Origin: Octopus bimaculoides
Taxonomy: Eukaryota
Direction of reading: 5' to 3'
Assembly (NCBI RefSeq): GCF_001194135.2
Contig: NC_068982.1
Location: forward strand, 161,977,043-162,041,042
Length of the DNA: 64,000 nucleotides
In this document: positions 40,901-54,900 of the stretch, one piece after another
Position numbering within the stretch: the first letter of the stretch is position 1
Layout: every line of letters begins with the position of its first letter
Program-made: the position numbers and the translations under genes
Notes under the pieces: model-generated
What the model was told of the DNA's origin: nothing
Database searches by the model: none
What the model saw: the letters and a program-made list of their open reading frames with translations, nothing else

Positions 40901-41789
40901 GTACATACAGGATAAAGTGATTAAGCTAGTCAGTATGCAGTAGGATAATTAAGCTTAAACAAATCTTAGAAAAGAAAACAGCAACTTTTACCTCAGCCTA
41001 CACTCCTCAATCAGGACTGCCAGATGACCAAAAGGGCCATTTTAGGATACCCTTTAGCAGTTTACCTCAATAATGAATGATAGTGACCTTGTCCTTATGG
41101 CCTGTGGCCTCAACAAGCATGAATGGCAGCATGCTGAGGGATTCCATGGTATGCATGGAGACTATGGATTTTGTTTTTAAAATGAGGAGGGAACAAGGAT
41201 CTTGGAGCTCCGTTATGCAAATGACTTTATGATCTGCAACACCAACTTGAAGAAATCAGCCAGTCTCCTGATCACCTACCAATTTGGTGGGCATGCAAGC
41301 CATGTTCTCACCAATAAGCAGGATAGACATATCCTTAGTTTCTTTTACTAAGGTAAGCTAATTAGCAGTAGAGGAGGATGTTCTGAAAATATAGCTGCCA
41401 GAACACAAACTGGCTGGAGAAAGTTTAGAGACCTGTTAGCTCTGTTGACAACAAAAGGTCTTTCTCTCAGAATGAAAGGCAGATTGTATGAGGCTTGTGT
41501 ACAAGGTAGTGATACTTGGATTGTGGATGCTGAGGAAACATGAAGACTAGAAGGAAATGAAGCTTGTATGCTCTACTGAATATGCAGTCAAGTGTGCATG
41601 CACGACACAATAGTGTCTCAAATATTTTCTTGTCCCAAAAAAGAATGTCCAGTATTTGAGATGTCATTTTGTCAACTAATATAACATTTTGGCAATGTTA
41701 TAGATGTATGAGATGACCATGAAAGATCATCAGAGATTAGGAGACTTAGAATTTTAGTGATGTTGAGAGACTTATTACTTATGTGTGTG

Positions 41790-41824
<35 letters not shown>

Positions 41825-44800
41825 GGAAAGGCTTTTTCTTGATATGTGTACAGTTAGAGATGTAGTAACTGTGTCATATCTATTTTATTCATTATGAATT
41901 CAGTTGTTCCATTATTCATTTCTGTCATCTGCTGATCTAGTGTCAGTATAACCTAATTCATCTATAATACATATATATTTAGATTTTTATGTTGCTAATA
42001 CTATACACCCAGTTATTTGAAAATAGCCTGAATTCTTTAGAACTTTAATTTTGCAAGAACTTTACAGATGTTTGTTACTGATTAAGTAACATTTTGTTCA
42101 TACTTGGAACAACTGAATTCATAAATGAAAGTGCCTGACATTAGCTAGAATGTCTTATTGACATCACCAAACATTGTATTGTTGATATTAAGGATAGTGT
42201 ATCCTTAATATCTATGACTTTTCCTAATTTGGTAAAATAGTCTTATCTGTGGAGTGAAAGGATAGTGTATCCTTAATATCTATGGCTTTTCCTAATTTGG
42301 TAAAATAGTCTTATCTGTGTAGTGAAATTTGAGAGAGGTTATTTGCAGTCAAAACTGTTTTCCTGGTACAAGTTAATTCTGGGGCTAACAACAGTCTTAT
42401 GATGATTGTCAGTGCTTTCCGTTGTAGCATTGTTCTTGACAGATGAGAAAAGTATAATTACATAAAATACATGACTTGTTTAATTATATCTATTCTAAGG
42501 ATATGACTATAACTTTTACATCACAGTGGAAGTGCATTGAAGTTTTGTTTGCTCCACTAACAAATACATAAAAGACAAGGTTAATAGTTTGAATAATTTT
42601 AAGCTGATGGGATAGAATGAGTCACATTGTCTGAAAGCACACCTCTGCATGTTGTAGGCATCAGTATTATTGTGCTCCTATATTGATATCTGGAGATATA
42701 TAAGCAAAAAAGAAATTTCACCCTAACTATAATCTCATTTATCATTAATACAGCATGTACACTGAAGAGGCAACAATATGTATCCTATAATGGTTATCAC
42801 TTATCATTAGTGTCCCATAGCTGAGCTAGGCCTACATTTTCTCCTCATGCTCTCTGAATTGTGTTTTATAGCTAACAGGGGTATACTCTCCAACATTAAC
42901 AACAACAGTAGCTATAGATGAAACTCTATATATGTATCAGAAATCAAACAATATGTTTTAAGATGTCTAATAAACACACTTGGATGTAGGGTTGAATTAT
43001 TGTTTACATGTCTGTTTAATGGGTGTTGAGTAACGGGTTCACTTGATATATAATTTTGATGATGATGATGATGTTAGATCTGATGAAAATAAGGACAAAA
43101 GGAAAATCATGATCTTAATACATTATATATAATGAACATTTGGAGCAGTCTTTTAAAGGATTAGAGTTTTCACATGGCCAGAGGTCAGTGACATACTAGT
43201 TATACATGTACCACACCTGTGTTGGTGCCATGTAAAAAGCATGTGCTGGTGCCACATAAAGAGCACTCAGTACACTTTGTAAAGTGTTTGGCATTAGGAA
43301 GAAAATCCAGCCATAGAAACCTTGCCAAAGCAGACAATCGGAGTCTGGTGCAGCTCTCTGGCTTGCCAGCTTCTGTCAAACCATCTGACCCATGCCAGCA
43401 TGGGAAATGAATGTTAAATGATGATGATGATGATAATAGAGAAATAGGGGCTGTATACATACCTTACGTAGACCTTTCCAAACTGTTGAAGTTATTATTA
43501 AGACTGAACTTCTGTGGGATAAGGTCTGTAGGCAAAAAAGTGAACAGGTAGGAAGTTCTAGGAAATGAAAAATTGAGTAAAATGTTTAAAGCTGAGTCAA
43601 GGAGGTTAAAACTCTCAAGAAATGACAAGAGAGATGAGTGCATTGGATGGGCTTGGAAAATGCTGGTGTGAGTTCAGAAGAGCAAAAGCTTTTGCAGAGG
43701 AAAGAATAGAGGATATAACATTTAGTGATTTTTTTTTTTAAACCTGAAAAATTGTTGAATGTTATTTGGCAGTCATGTCCAAAACTACTAGATATGTTAT
43801 TTTATTTTGAATATTATATGGATATTTACATTGTTGACGTTTGTTGAAAGGTATCGTCACAATTGGAGTTATGGGCAGAAGAACTACAGCACATGGAAAT
43901 GTGCAATGATCCAGCAAAAGCAGAACAGATCTTACTGATGCACACAGAAAATTTATTGCACATGCAGAACTGTACATTCGAAGTTCTGCAACGAGGTCAA
44001 GAGCTTTGTCAGGTCAGTGGATGTGTTCTATTTAATTTTTAAAAAATTTCTGATTAGAGTTTTAAAAAATAATAAAAGTGATATACTTCGTATTCATGTT
44101 AAATTGAAAATTATTTGGAATTGTGAATATTTGCAAATTTTAATAATAAATATCATTGTAATTTTGTCTCTTTCAGTTGTTTGAAAACACAGGTGTGCAA
44201 TTAATGGCTGATTCACAATATGATGCTCAGACTAGAATCCAACTATTGCTGGAATATTTGCATGAACGAGAATTGGATTTAGAGAATTTGGCTGAAAGTC
44301 GTCGCATTCGTCTGGAGCAATGTGTCCAGCTACGTAATTTTGAGTATGAAACCAGGCAGGTGAGGATTAAGTATTGGAATTATTCTCAACTTTAATAAAG
44401 TGATTATCTCTAACTATTGACAATTTCAATAACCATCATGTGTCAACTACATCTGAAATTAGGTAACAAAATATATGGAAACCAAAAGAACTCTGAGAAT
44501 TATATTTCTTTGGAATCTACAAACTGCAACTGTTTCTCTGTTTCATTAAATAAACTTACACATTTCAAAAATATTTTACAATTCTTCATAATGTTTTTCT
44601 TCAATTCAAAAAATTACTCAGAGATTGCAGTCTATATTTCACTGCATGCACTTATGGTAAAGTTTTCAAAATGCTTTTCTACAATTCTTCAAAGTTGTCT
44701 TCTATTTGAAATGTTGTGGGGAAAGAAATCTTGATTAAAAAAAAAAAGATTGTTTTCTGAACATTTCTGCTTGAATTCTCAACTTCTCATTAAATCTTTT

Positions 44801-47800
44801 TCAAAACTTAATTTCTACTTAATAAACTGTATAAAAGTAACTTTTTATATATCCTTAGTAAAATCATGTCAAAAATGGGAAATCTATTCATTGCTCTCTC
44901 TAGATGTTTTATGGCTGATATTTGATATATGAATAGAGATTTTTCTCAATGGAAAAAAAAAGAACAACTTTTTTTTATCATTATTATTTATTTTACGATT
45001 GTGAAATTCTAAAATAACCTGTTTGTCAAGATATGTGTAAATTAATTACAAATTGGTATACATTGGCGTTATTATATCATTTGTTATTTATTGTATTTAA
45101 TATTTTACATTTTTCTACAATAAAACTCACCTTTTGTAATGTTTATAGTGAACACATATTTATAATGAATACAACATTCATTTTAGGTGGTTTCTTGGAT
45201 TCAAAATGGAGAGACAATGTTGACTGCCAGTTTTATGTGTCCAGATAATTTAATGGAAACTGAACAACTGAAGAAAGAACATGAAAAGTTTATGTTGGCT
45301 ATTGAGGTACAGTTGTCTTTTGTTTCTGATTTTTTTTTTTTTNNNNNNNNNNTTAAAAGTTAAAAAAAAAAAATCAATTTAGCAATACTAGCTGTACTTT
45401 TTCTTCTGTCAGTCCCTCCATAAATTAGGCTCTAATATAAAACGTTGTCTGAGGCCCAGTTGAAATATAATTTTACTATTTTGTTTTTCTCTATGCTGTG
45501 TAATTATCTCTTATTGTCTGTCACATTGTAGAAAACACATGCGAATGTGATCCAAGTCACTCAAAAGGCAGAGAGCATGATCCAAAGCAACCATTACAAT
45601 TCTGAATTTGTACGTGTTATCGCAGAAAATATGAATTTGGTTTGGCAACAGCTAATGTATCATGCTGAAGAACGTCACAAACTTGTAATGGCATCAATGA
45701 CTTGGTATAAAACAGCTGAACAAGTATGTTTGTAATTCTATTTTATATTCATAAAAATAACTGATTTTTCTTTGGCCTTCCATTTCTAAAATGAACTTAA
45801 ATATTTGTTAACAGTTCTATCTTATGATAGTATTTCGTATTTATGTAATTGTTAAATTTAATTTTTTTTGTCCTATTTAGTTTTGAGAATTATATTTTTG
45901 CTGTCATTAATATTTTGAGTGATTATATTTTTCTTTTTCTTTACAGGTTTGGTCAGTTTTAGAAAGTTTAGATCGAGATTATAAACGAGATGAAGACTGG
46001 TGTAGCACAGACAAAGCTAACTGCACTGACAAAGCTGCATTCTTAGTACAAGCAATCAATAAGCATAATGAACAAAAGGAAGCCTTTCTTAAGGTAACGT
46101 ATTTGACTCGTGTTTATGTTCAAATTTTAAAATATGAAATGTTTAACCCTTTAGCATTTAAACTAACCATATCCATCCAAAATATTCTACTGCTTTATGT
46201 TCAAACTGGCCAGATCTGGCCTCTCATACCTACCCTATAATTTCATTCTAAAAGTAAACAATCACATCATCAAAATCTCAAAGCTGTTAGATAATGCATG
46301 ATTAATACAAAACAATATGAAGGAATAAGAATTACATTTGACAAAATAATCTGAATGTTAAAGAGTTAAGATTTTGAAATATTGAAATTATTTCTGTAGA
46401 CTTCAATGGAATTTATATAATGTTTCTACTTTCATTTAGGCTTGCACTTTAGCCAGACGTACAGCAGAGACATTCTTAAAATATGTCAACCGCAACCTTC
46501 ACACTTTGGGAATGGATGTGAAGTACAGAAATCCAGAATCTCATGTAAAAGGTAAATTTTATTAATTTAATGTCAATGTATTCATAATTTTTATCAGTTA
46601 ATATTTGTAGAGTTTTAGGTACAAACAGATTTATTTTTACAGTGATCCTACACCTAGAGCTAACATAGAGGGTGGACCAAAAGTCACCTGACAATAAATC
46701 AAAACCATTTAATTCCAAGATTTATGTATGTTTAACAACTGAATGAATTTAATATAAGCATCTAAATATGAAACGTCTTGAAAATTGTTCAAACTGAAGT
46801 CCTTCTTGAGTGACACATTTTTCCATTCAAGCCAATACAGAATTACAGATAGTATTTATGGAATTTTGATTTACTGTCGGATGACTTTTAGCCAACCCTG
46901 TATTACTAAAGTTCCTAGACGTTTCTTCTTCAATAGATATGAAGCTTTAATAGCAATCTGTTGAAGTTGTAATTCCCCATTTACTGAAAGTTATCATAAT
47001 TTGTATTGTGTTTGATTTTAATACTGTAAGTTATCTTTTTCAGTTTACAAATTATCTTAAAATTGTATTCTTGCAGACCTTCTGTAAAGTAATACATCTT
47101 GATAGGTTTAGAATATATACATATATTTTACTGAAGCGGGAATTTGGCTAACTATTCACCAATGAAGGAACTTTGTTGATAATTTACTGATGGAGGAATT
47201 TTTTTGTTTTTCACTAATTCACTGACAGAGGTATTTGGTAATTAATTTAGTGGGTGGTCTAATCTGATTATCAATGTACTGTTGTGATATTTTAATCAGT
47301 AACTTACTGTTGGAGTAATTTGGGTGTAAATTTACTGATATTTTCTGGGGGTTTTTTTACAGCAACTCTTGATCAATTACTACAACAGGAAAATGCTGTG
47401 ATTGAATATTGGACTGTAAAGAAACGAAAGTTAGAACATTGTCATCAGTATGTCCTTTTTGAACAAAGTGCCAAACAGGTAAAGTGTCATTTCATGTTAT
47501 ATCTTTTGTAGGAGTAGCTAGTATTCTTAAGTTAGGAGTTTATCATTGTTCATCACTTTTAATACTATATACAAAAGTGTTCCTATTTGAATTAACCCCT
47601 AGAACCTGCAAATATTCTGTAGGGGACATGATTTCAGTGGAATATAATCCTGGAAGACTCAAAAGCTGGTTTCGTGTTTACAGCTTGTTTAATTGGCAGA
47701 AACATCATTATTTTCAGCTTTCAACTCAAAACAATGTGGCCATTTGCTTTTACATCTTCCAAGAGTATAGTCAAACTAAAGCATGCTCGTGGGTTCAGAG

Positions 47801-49971
47801 GATTTAAACTCTTGATCAGAATCTCACAACATGAATTGTAATCTAAAGTTTCAGTTGATCAACTACAGTGTAAAATATATATGCCAATATATAAGGTTAC
47901 AGATATTTTATTAAACCCCTTCAAAGTTTTGATTATAATGAAAATAAATTAAAATGCATATGCAGATCCCTCATGGGAAATATAGTGGTGAAAGGGTAAT
48001 TACAATTGGTTATTAGAAACAATTGCTTTTGTAACTTTTCTCGAGTCTTAAATAGGTGAGAAATATCACTCTCACTCTTTTGACTGGAATGCCAGTCTGT
48101 TGCAGATAACTTTGTCTAGAAGCTAGGTGAACTGTAAAGTATCCAACCCAGAGACCTAGTAAACCACTGTTGAGGGTTCGGATGAGAGTCTGATAAGTGA
48201 GGCCATCACTTACATTATTGCTATTATTGAAGCAGTAAACATAATAAATAACAATTTGTTCATACTGCTGCATAATTTAAAATAGAACCTCCTGTAATGG
48301 CTAAAAGTTTACATTAAAATATCTATAAAGATGATATTTACTTGTCAAGATTTTCAAAATAAAATGACAAACCAATATTGTGATTTGTTGTCATATTTCA
48401 GCAATAAAATATTTGACAGGGTTCATGTAATATAAACATACTTTCCAGATACTTCTCTTTTATGATAGCTGAATCATAAATATCATTACCTTGACACTGA
48501 TTCATTTCAAAATATACCATAATAGAAGGTTTTTGTTTCTTTTACTCTTACTTTTCTAAGACGAGTGTACCAAAAGTGTTGTGCCAATTTGTCAAAATAC
48601 AGCACTTTAGTATTATTTTTTTTCATTTATATTTTAGTTCTCCATTACTTGAACTGAAATCAATTCAATGACAGTGTTGTTGTTGTGGTTGTTACTAAAG
48701 ACATTTTCTTTTCAAATTGAATGGAATTTAATCTCTCTTACTGATTTTGTCAATGTCTAGCAACTATTTATGCATGCCAATATCTTTATTTATACATAGT
48801 TCATGATAAAGTAGTATAGATTTCTTGAAACATTGTCTGATATATATAAATGTTTTAAGTATTTTTAAAAGCCAAAACAATGCAAGTTATAAAAAAATAA
48901 TAATATAGGTTGATGGTTAGTACTGTTATGTAGTATTTCAATATTTCAGGCTTAGGACCTTTTCTTTGGGAAATGTACCGAGAAAAGATGTTTATAGCTG
49001 ATATCACTGCTCTGTAGTTTGTGTGTGTGAAGGGTTATTTTGCATTGCTATAGTACCCAATCAGTTGAGTGCAGTTTAGATCTGTTATTAATTTGCAGGC
49101 TGTACTTGTTAATTAAAATAGTTTCTTTTATTCTTAAATTCTCAATGCTTCTTTCTGCTGCTGCAATTGAAAATCAGATGTCTTTGTCGTGGTATTTTTG
49201 TAGGTGTTTTTTGACCGAAGAAACATTAGCATAGAAGTTTTTCTTCAACCTGTATGTGAACTTGTCTAGTGGTACTTCTGATGTAGAATTCATTACATCT
49301 GCTACACATGATTTTATACTGTCTTGGTCTGCTTTTAGCTAGGAGCCTTCTCAGGAAAGGTCCAGAGTATGCTAGTTGTATATCTAATTCCTTCCTTAAG
49401 GCTAAAAAGGTGGATTGTAGCACCAGGAAATAGTATTAACCATTGGCCTATATTGTTTATTTTTTTTGAATAACTTTAATTGTTTTGGCTTAAAAAATAT
49501 TTTAAACATTTATAGTGGATGACATCTAAATAGTATCAGTCAAATAATCTAATATCTGGATAATTCTCCTCACTATATTGTAGTGAGTGATTTCAATATT
49601 GAGTGGACAGATGATAGTAATGATAGAGAAACATTTGATATTGATTTGGTCCACCTTATACTCTCCTTTTGCACACACATTTACCACAAAGCTGCTACTT
49701 TATTCCATCTCTACTCAGTTTCTCACTTGACACTTCAGGCAGTAAAATGATTTTGTCACCTCAAAAATTGTATTGAGCAAGAAACTCTGAATAACACCAC
49801 CTAAATCAAATCAACTTTGAATTACACCAGTTTTGTGCAAATAAATATACCCTGTACTATGTATTGAGTGCTCCTTTTCTCATTCGTTAAAACAAAAGTA
49901 TAGATATACATGCATGGGTATGTGTGCACTCATAAGCATGTGTACACTTCCTTATTCACTCTCTCTCTGTA

Positions 49972-50014
<43 letters not shown>

Positions 50015-50024
50015 NNNNNNNNNN

Positions 50025-50066
<42 letters not shown>

Positions 50067-51921
50067 TACACACGTAAACATGCATATATATACACAATTT
50101 GTATTGAGCTTTCTTATGTTTCTATATTAAAGAACCTCAACTTTAACACATCAGCATACACACTCTCATAGTATTTTATTTAACTTGTGGTTTTGAAAAA
50201 AGAAAGAAAAAGAATCACAAAAAACCAAGATCTTCCACAAATCCTTTATTATTCTGCATAATCTCCCATATTATATATCTATTATACATTATCTGTATAG
50301 TCTTTTCTTGTTCCTTATGTTAATTAATTTCTTTTCTGCAGGCATTAGACTGGATTCATGATTCAGGCGAGGCATACTTGTCAACACACACATCTGTTGG
50401 TGAAACCAGAGAAGAAACAGAGTCACTGTTAAGAGAATACTATGAGTTTCGTGGCAGGGCCAAGGTAACATTGACCATATTGTATTCTATTTGTTGTTGG
50501 TGAATGTCAGTCTCTATTTTAAAGTGAAGAGAGAGACATGAGAAAAGGTGTTCAGAAACCAAACAAGAGCAGCTGCTTATTCACTGGAAGTGAAATTAGA
50601 TTGTTGAACTTATTTACTGAAGGTGGGCATTGATTATATGATCAATTTAGTGGGGGTAGGTCTAGATTGTTAAACCCAATTATTGGAGGTGGAACTGTAT
50701 TGCTGGAGCTCTTTGAGATGGACCTAAATTGTTGAAACTATTTATTGAAGGTAGATTTAGTTTGTTGAACCTAGAAGTGGAACTAGATTATTGGTTCTCT
50801 TTACTGGAGGTAGAATTAGATTATTTGAACCTGTTTGCTGGAGGTGGAGCTAGAGCAGTAGTTCCCAATCCTTTTATTTAAATGAGTTTTCCCACGAACC
50901 CCTTGTAATATGCTTATCCTTACGTATGTCTGTATATATGTGTGTGTGTGCATGTATGTATATATATATATATGAAATTTTGAATTTAGTTCACAGACCC
51001 CCAGTACTACCTTTGTGGACCACAGGTTGGGAACCACTGAGCTAGAGTATTGGACCTATTTACTGGAGGTAGAGTTAGTTTATTAGACCTACAAGCCTCC
51101 AATGAATTTCAGTACCTGACACACTTTCCAGTCAGGGAAATTTGGTGCACATGTCAGAAAGAAAAATGGCACAATCAGATTCAAACTTTGATCACATGAC
51201 CAAAATAGTACCAACTGTAAGCATGCGTGTGCAGAAGGCTGTGTGGCAATAATAAAGATATGTTATGGTGGAAGTGTGGATAATTCTTTTACTTCCCCTC
51301 ATATTTACAGGAGGTGGAGCTAATTTATTGGATCAATGAGCCATTTTCTGATTGTGAAGCTAAATTATTGGACCTATTTTGTAGAGGTGCAGCTAGATTA
51401 TTTGGACTATTTACAACAGGGGCAGCTCGATTATTGGTCTTATTTACTGAGGTGAAGCTAGGTTGGATCAATTTACTTGCATGAAACAGGTGTAGTTATA
51501 AATAATGAATACAGCAAGTTGTATAGTCAAACAACTATCTGTCATGTTTATGTAACATAAAGTATTCAATGATTGACTAATGTTGATGACCAGCAATGTA
51601 TTAGTGAAATAGTGTAAAGTAACAGTCATTTGATCCTATAATGTGAGTTTCTTTTTTTAGTTGTAGTGATTTCATTTTACTGTACATTTGTCACTATAGT
51701 TTCTAAGTAAAACATGGTAATTACCTGTCATTTAGTCATTTCTTAAAATTATAAACCTTTGTGTTTATATCTACAAATTCTGCCATAATCAGAGATATTT
51801 TCCCTCTCTTTTACCACTGTGTAGCTGAATATATTGAGGGTTGTCCCAATATCCCCAGTAAGTTATGCAACTGAAAAAAGACATCTTAAAATATTTGATA
51901 TAAAGAAATAGTGTGTTTGTA

Positions 51922-51960
<39 letters not shown>

Positions 51961-54900
51961 TGTTACTTTTAATTAAATAATATTTCTGAAATCAATTTTC
52001 TTTTTAGGAAACTAAAGAAAATGTCAGTCTTTTGCTTCAACTGGCTGATGGTTTTGTTTCTAAAGGCACATTTCATGCCAGCAGCATCATGGCATGGTGT
52101 GCTGCTGTAGATAAACGATATAAAGACTTCTCTTCTCGCATGGAGAAATACAGACAAAAACTAGAAGGCAAACTCGGTGTCACAAATGAAGTGAGTGTTT
52201 CTCAGTATAAAATACTTTTCAAAATTTGTTTTTCAATGTTGTGGTTACTTTTATCTTTTTATTTGACTTAATAAAAGTAAATGTATCAATTTAAATACTT
52301 CCGTTCAATTCATTAAGCATTGTTTTAGAGAAATCTTTCTAATTCTCTGTGTTATTTTGTTTATTTGTAGACTGAGAAAGAAGACAGGCAAAGTGATCCT
52401 TCAATTGAAGAAAAACTTCAACAGCATGCTCCTAAGGAACTTACTGAAGAAAAAAGAAAGTCTGCTAGACGACGAGAGTAAGGGCCTGTTTAAAATATCT
52501 TGTACATCTTGTGCTGTCATTATTCTTAATATTGGTTTGCCATTATTATTCTTTTTTAATAGCCAGGCTGGTCTTGATAGTTATATTGTTAAGGTATTAA
52601 ACATTCTGATGAGGTAATCCTCAGTGATGTGATTTGTCAGGTGAACAGTGACTATGACCTTTTAAATCTGAACAACACAGCAGGTACCACAGTATGGTAA
52701 AGTTCACTATACTCTGTCCATGGCATTTAATTAACAACCTGATCCATATAACTTCCATGAGTTCTATAGTTCACTGCTGTTTAACTTACTACACTTAAAA
52801 TAGTTTAGTTTTTTGTTGACTTCCATTGCTAATTGTGTAGGTGTATATTTAGTGATTAGAGTGTCAGACTCACAATCATAAGGTTGGAAGTTTGATTCCC
52901 AGTTGAGGTAGTCTATTGTGTTCTGCAGCAAGATACCTGGCCTTCAAGTTGCTCCAGTAAATTCAGCTACCGAGTACCAGCCTAGTGCTGGTACACCCTT
53001 CTTTACTTTCAGCGTCATATCCTAGATTTCAACTGGATTACCAATGGGTGGATAGAGAGAATGTTGTCTGTTCACGACTATCTGGTTACCTGAAACAAAT
53101 AGTGAACACTTAGTACATACTGCCAAGCCATACATGCTTGCAAGTCTAGTTTCTATTGCTAATTCCTCTCACATGAAAAGCTAACTGCAACAACAGACCA
53201 GTGAAGATTTATATTTCATATTTACTTTACAATCTACTAGGATATAATAGCTAGCACTATGGACCATTATGATTCAGAAGTAATGGAGGAATAGTCTTTA
53301 AGAATATAAAGAGGAAAAAAACTGCTGTTGGAAGTTTTGCATAATTAAACTTGTGTCATCTTAAACTCACAGGCTGAATTCATTCACAGATTGATACAAA
53401 ATATCCTCTTTCAGTTTCATTTATATTTGTGTGTGTGTGTCTCTCTCTGTCTATCTGTCCATTCACTTGTGCATGCACACACACACACACACACACACAT
53501 CAGGTCATCCCATAAGTAGTGTCCAAATTTTAAATAAGGAGAACAAATGACCAAATCTTACATTTTAATGAAACTTAACCATCAGTATATTTTCCATGAT
53601 TATCTATGACATCTTTCCATCTACTTGTAAGCTTTTAACTCCTATTAGTGAAAAACTCTTTCAGTTTCAAAGAGAACTCTGAAAGGTCAGTTTCAACTTT
53701 TTTAGTTGTTTTGAGGGTTAATCCATCCAAATGATTCTGTAAACTATGAAACAAATGGTAATCTGAAGGAGTAGGATCTGGGGAATAAGGCAGATAAGCA
53801 ATTTTCTCTCAAACAAATTCCTAGATTTTCTGTGATGTGATCTTTGCAGTGTGGGGTTTTGCATTGTCCCAATGAAACACCACTCTCTTTCAATTCTCTA
53901 AAGTCTTTTTTCCTCAAAGCAACATTCCAATGCTCTAATTGCTGACAGTAGATTTGAGCATTGATTGTTGCATTAGTTGGTAGCAACTCGAAATGGATGA
54001 ATCCTTTGCAATCCCACCAAATAGAAAGAAGAACCTTCTTTGCGCGGAGTTCCCTTTTCACCAAGACAATGTCTATGATGCTTAACATTTTAATAAAAGA
54101 CCCATTTTTCATTACTGGTCACCAGTCTGTCCAAAAAGGGTGAGATGAGTTCACAAGAATGAAGAAAAGAGTAGATGTCTACTTGGGATTTGCAGTTGGC
54201 TTCAGACAAATCATGAGGCACCCATTTTCTGAGTTTTGAAACCTTTCCAAGCTGTTGAAGATGGCGATGAACAGTTGTATGGCTTGAACAAAACTTGCTT
54301 GCCAATTCTTCAACTGAAACTGCATGATCTTTTTTAACTTCTTCTAAAAGGAGCTTGTCATTAAACTCAATTGGACATCCTTTTCAGGCCTCATCTTCAA
54401 GGCTGAAATCTCCACCTCTGAATTTTACAAACCATCTTCTGCAAGTTCTTTCATTCAGGCACTCTTCTTCATAAGTTGAGTGAATATTTCAAGTCACTTC
54501 AACTGCAGAGTTACCTTTTTTAAACTCATAAAGCATTATGTGCCTGAAATGCTCCTTAGAGGCTTCCATGTTTGAAGAGCTTTAATTAGTGAAATTTCAA
54601 TTAGCTTATCCTGCAAAATGAAATTTGATTAGTTTAAATTATGTCCAAATACATATAAATATTACTTGATGCCATTAGACATTCTAAAATTCTGTTAAAG
54701 CATTTGAAAATATAGAAGTCCAGACATTAGTTATAGGATGACCTGATATTACAAGGGAGAAGATGAGATTTAATTCTGAAGATTTCTCATTTTATTTGCT
54801 GAGGTTATTTCAGTTTCTTTAAAAAAAAAAAAACACTGCAAAAACTTGTTGAAGATATTTGTATGTTTTGATTTATTTACTTTCAGATTTATCATGGCTG

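Noticed and set aside
52357-52617. Track ORFs overlapping exon K and extensions of other exons
   Set aside because: Wrong frame or intron read-through; the spliced frame explains the coding signal.
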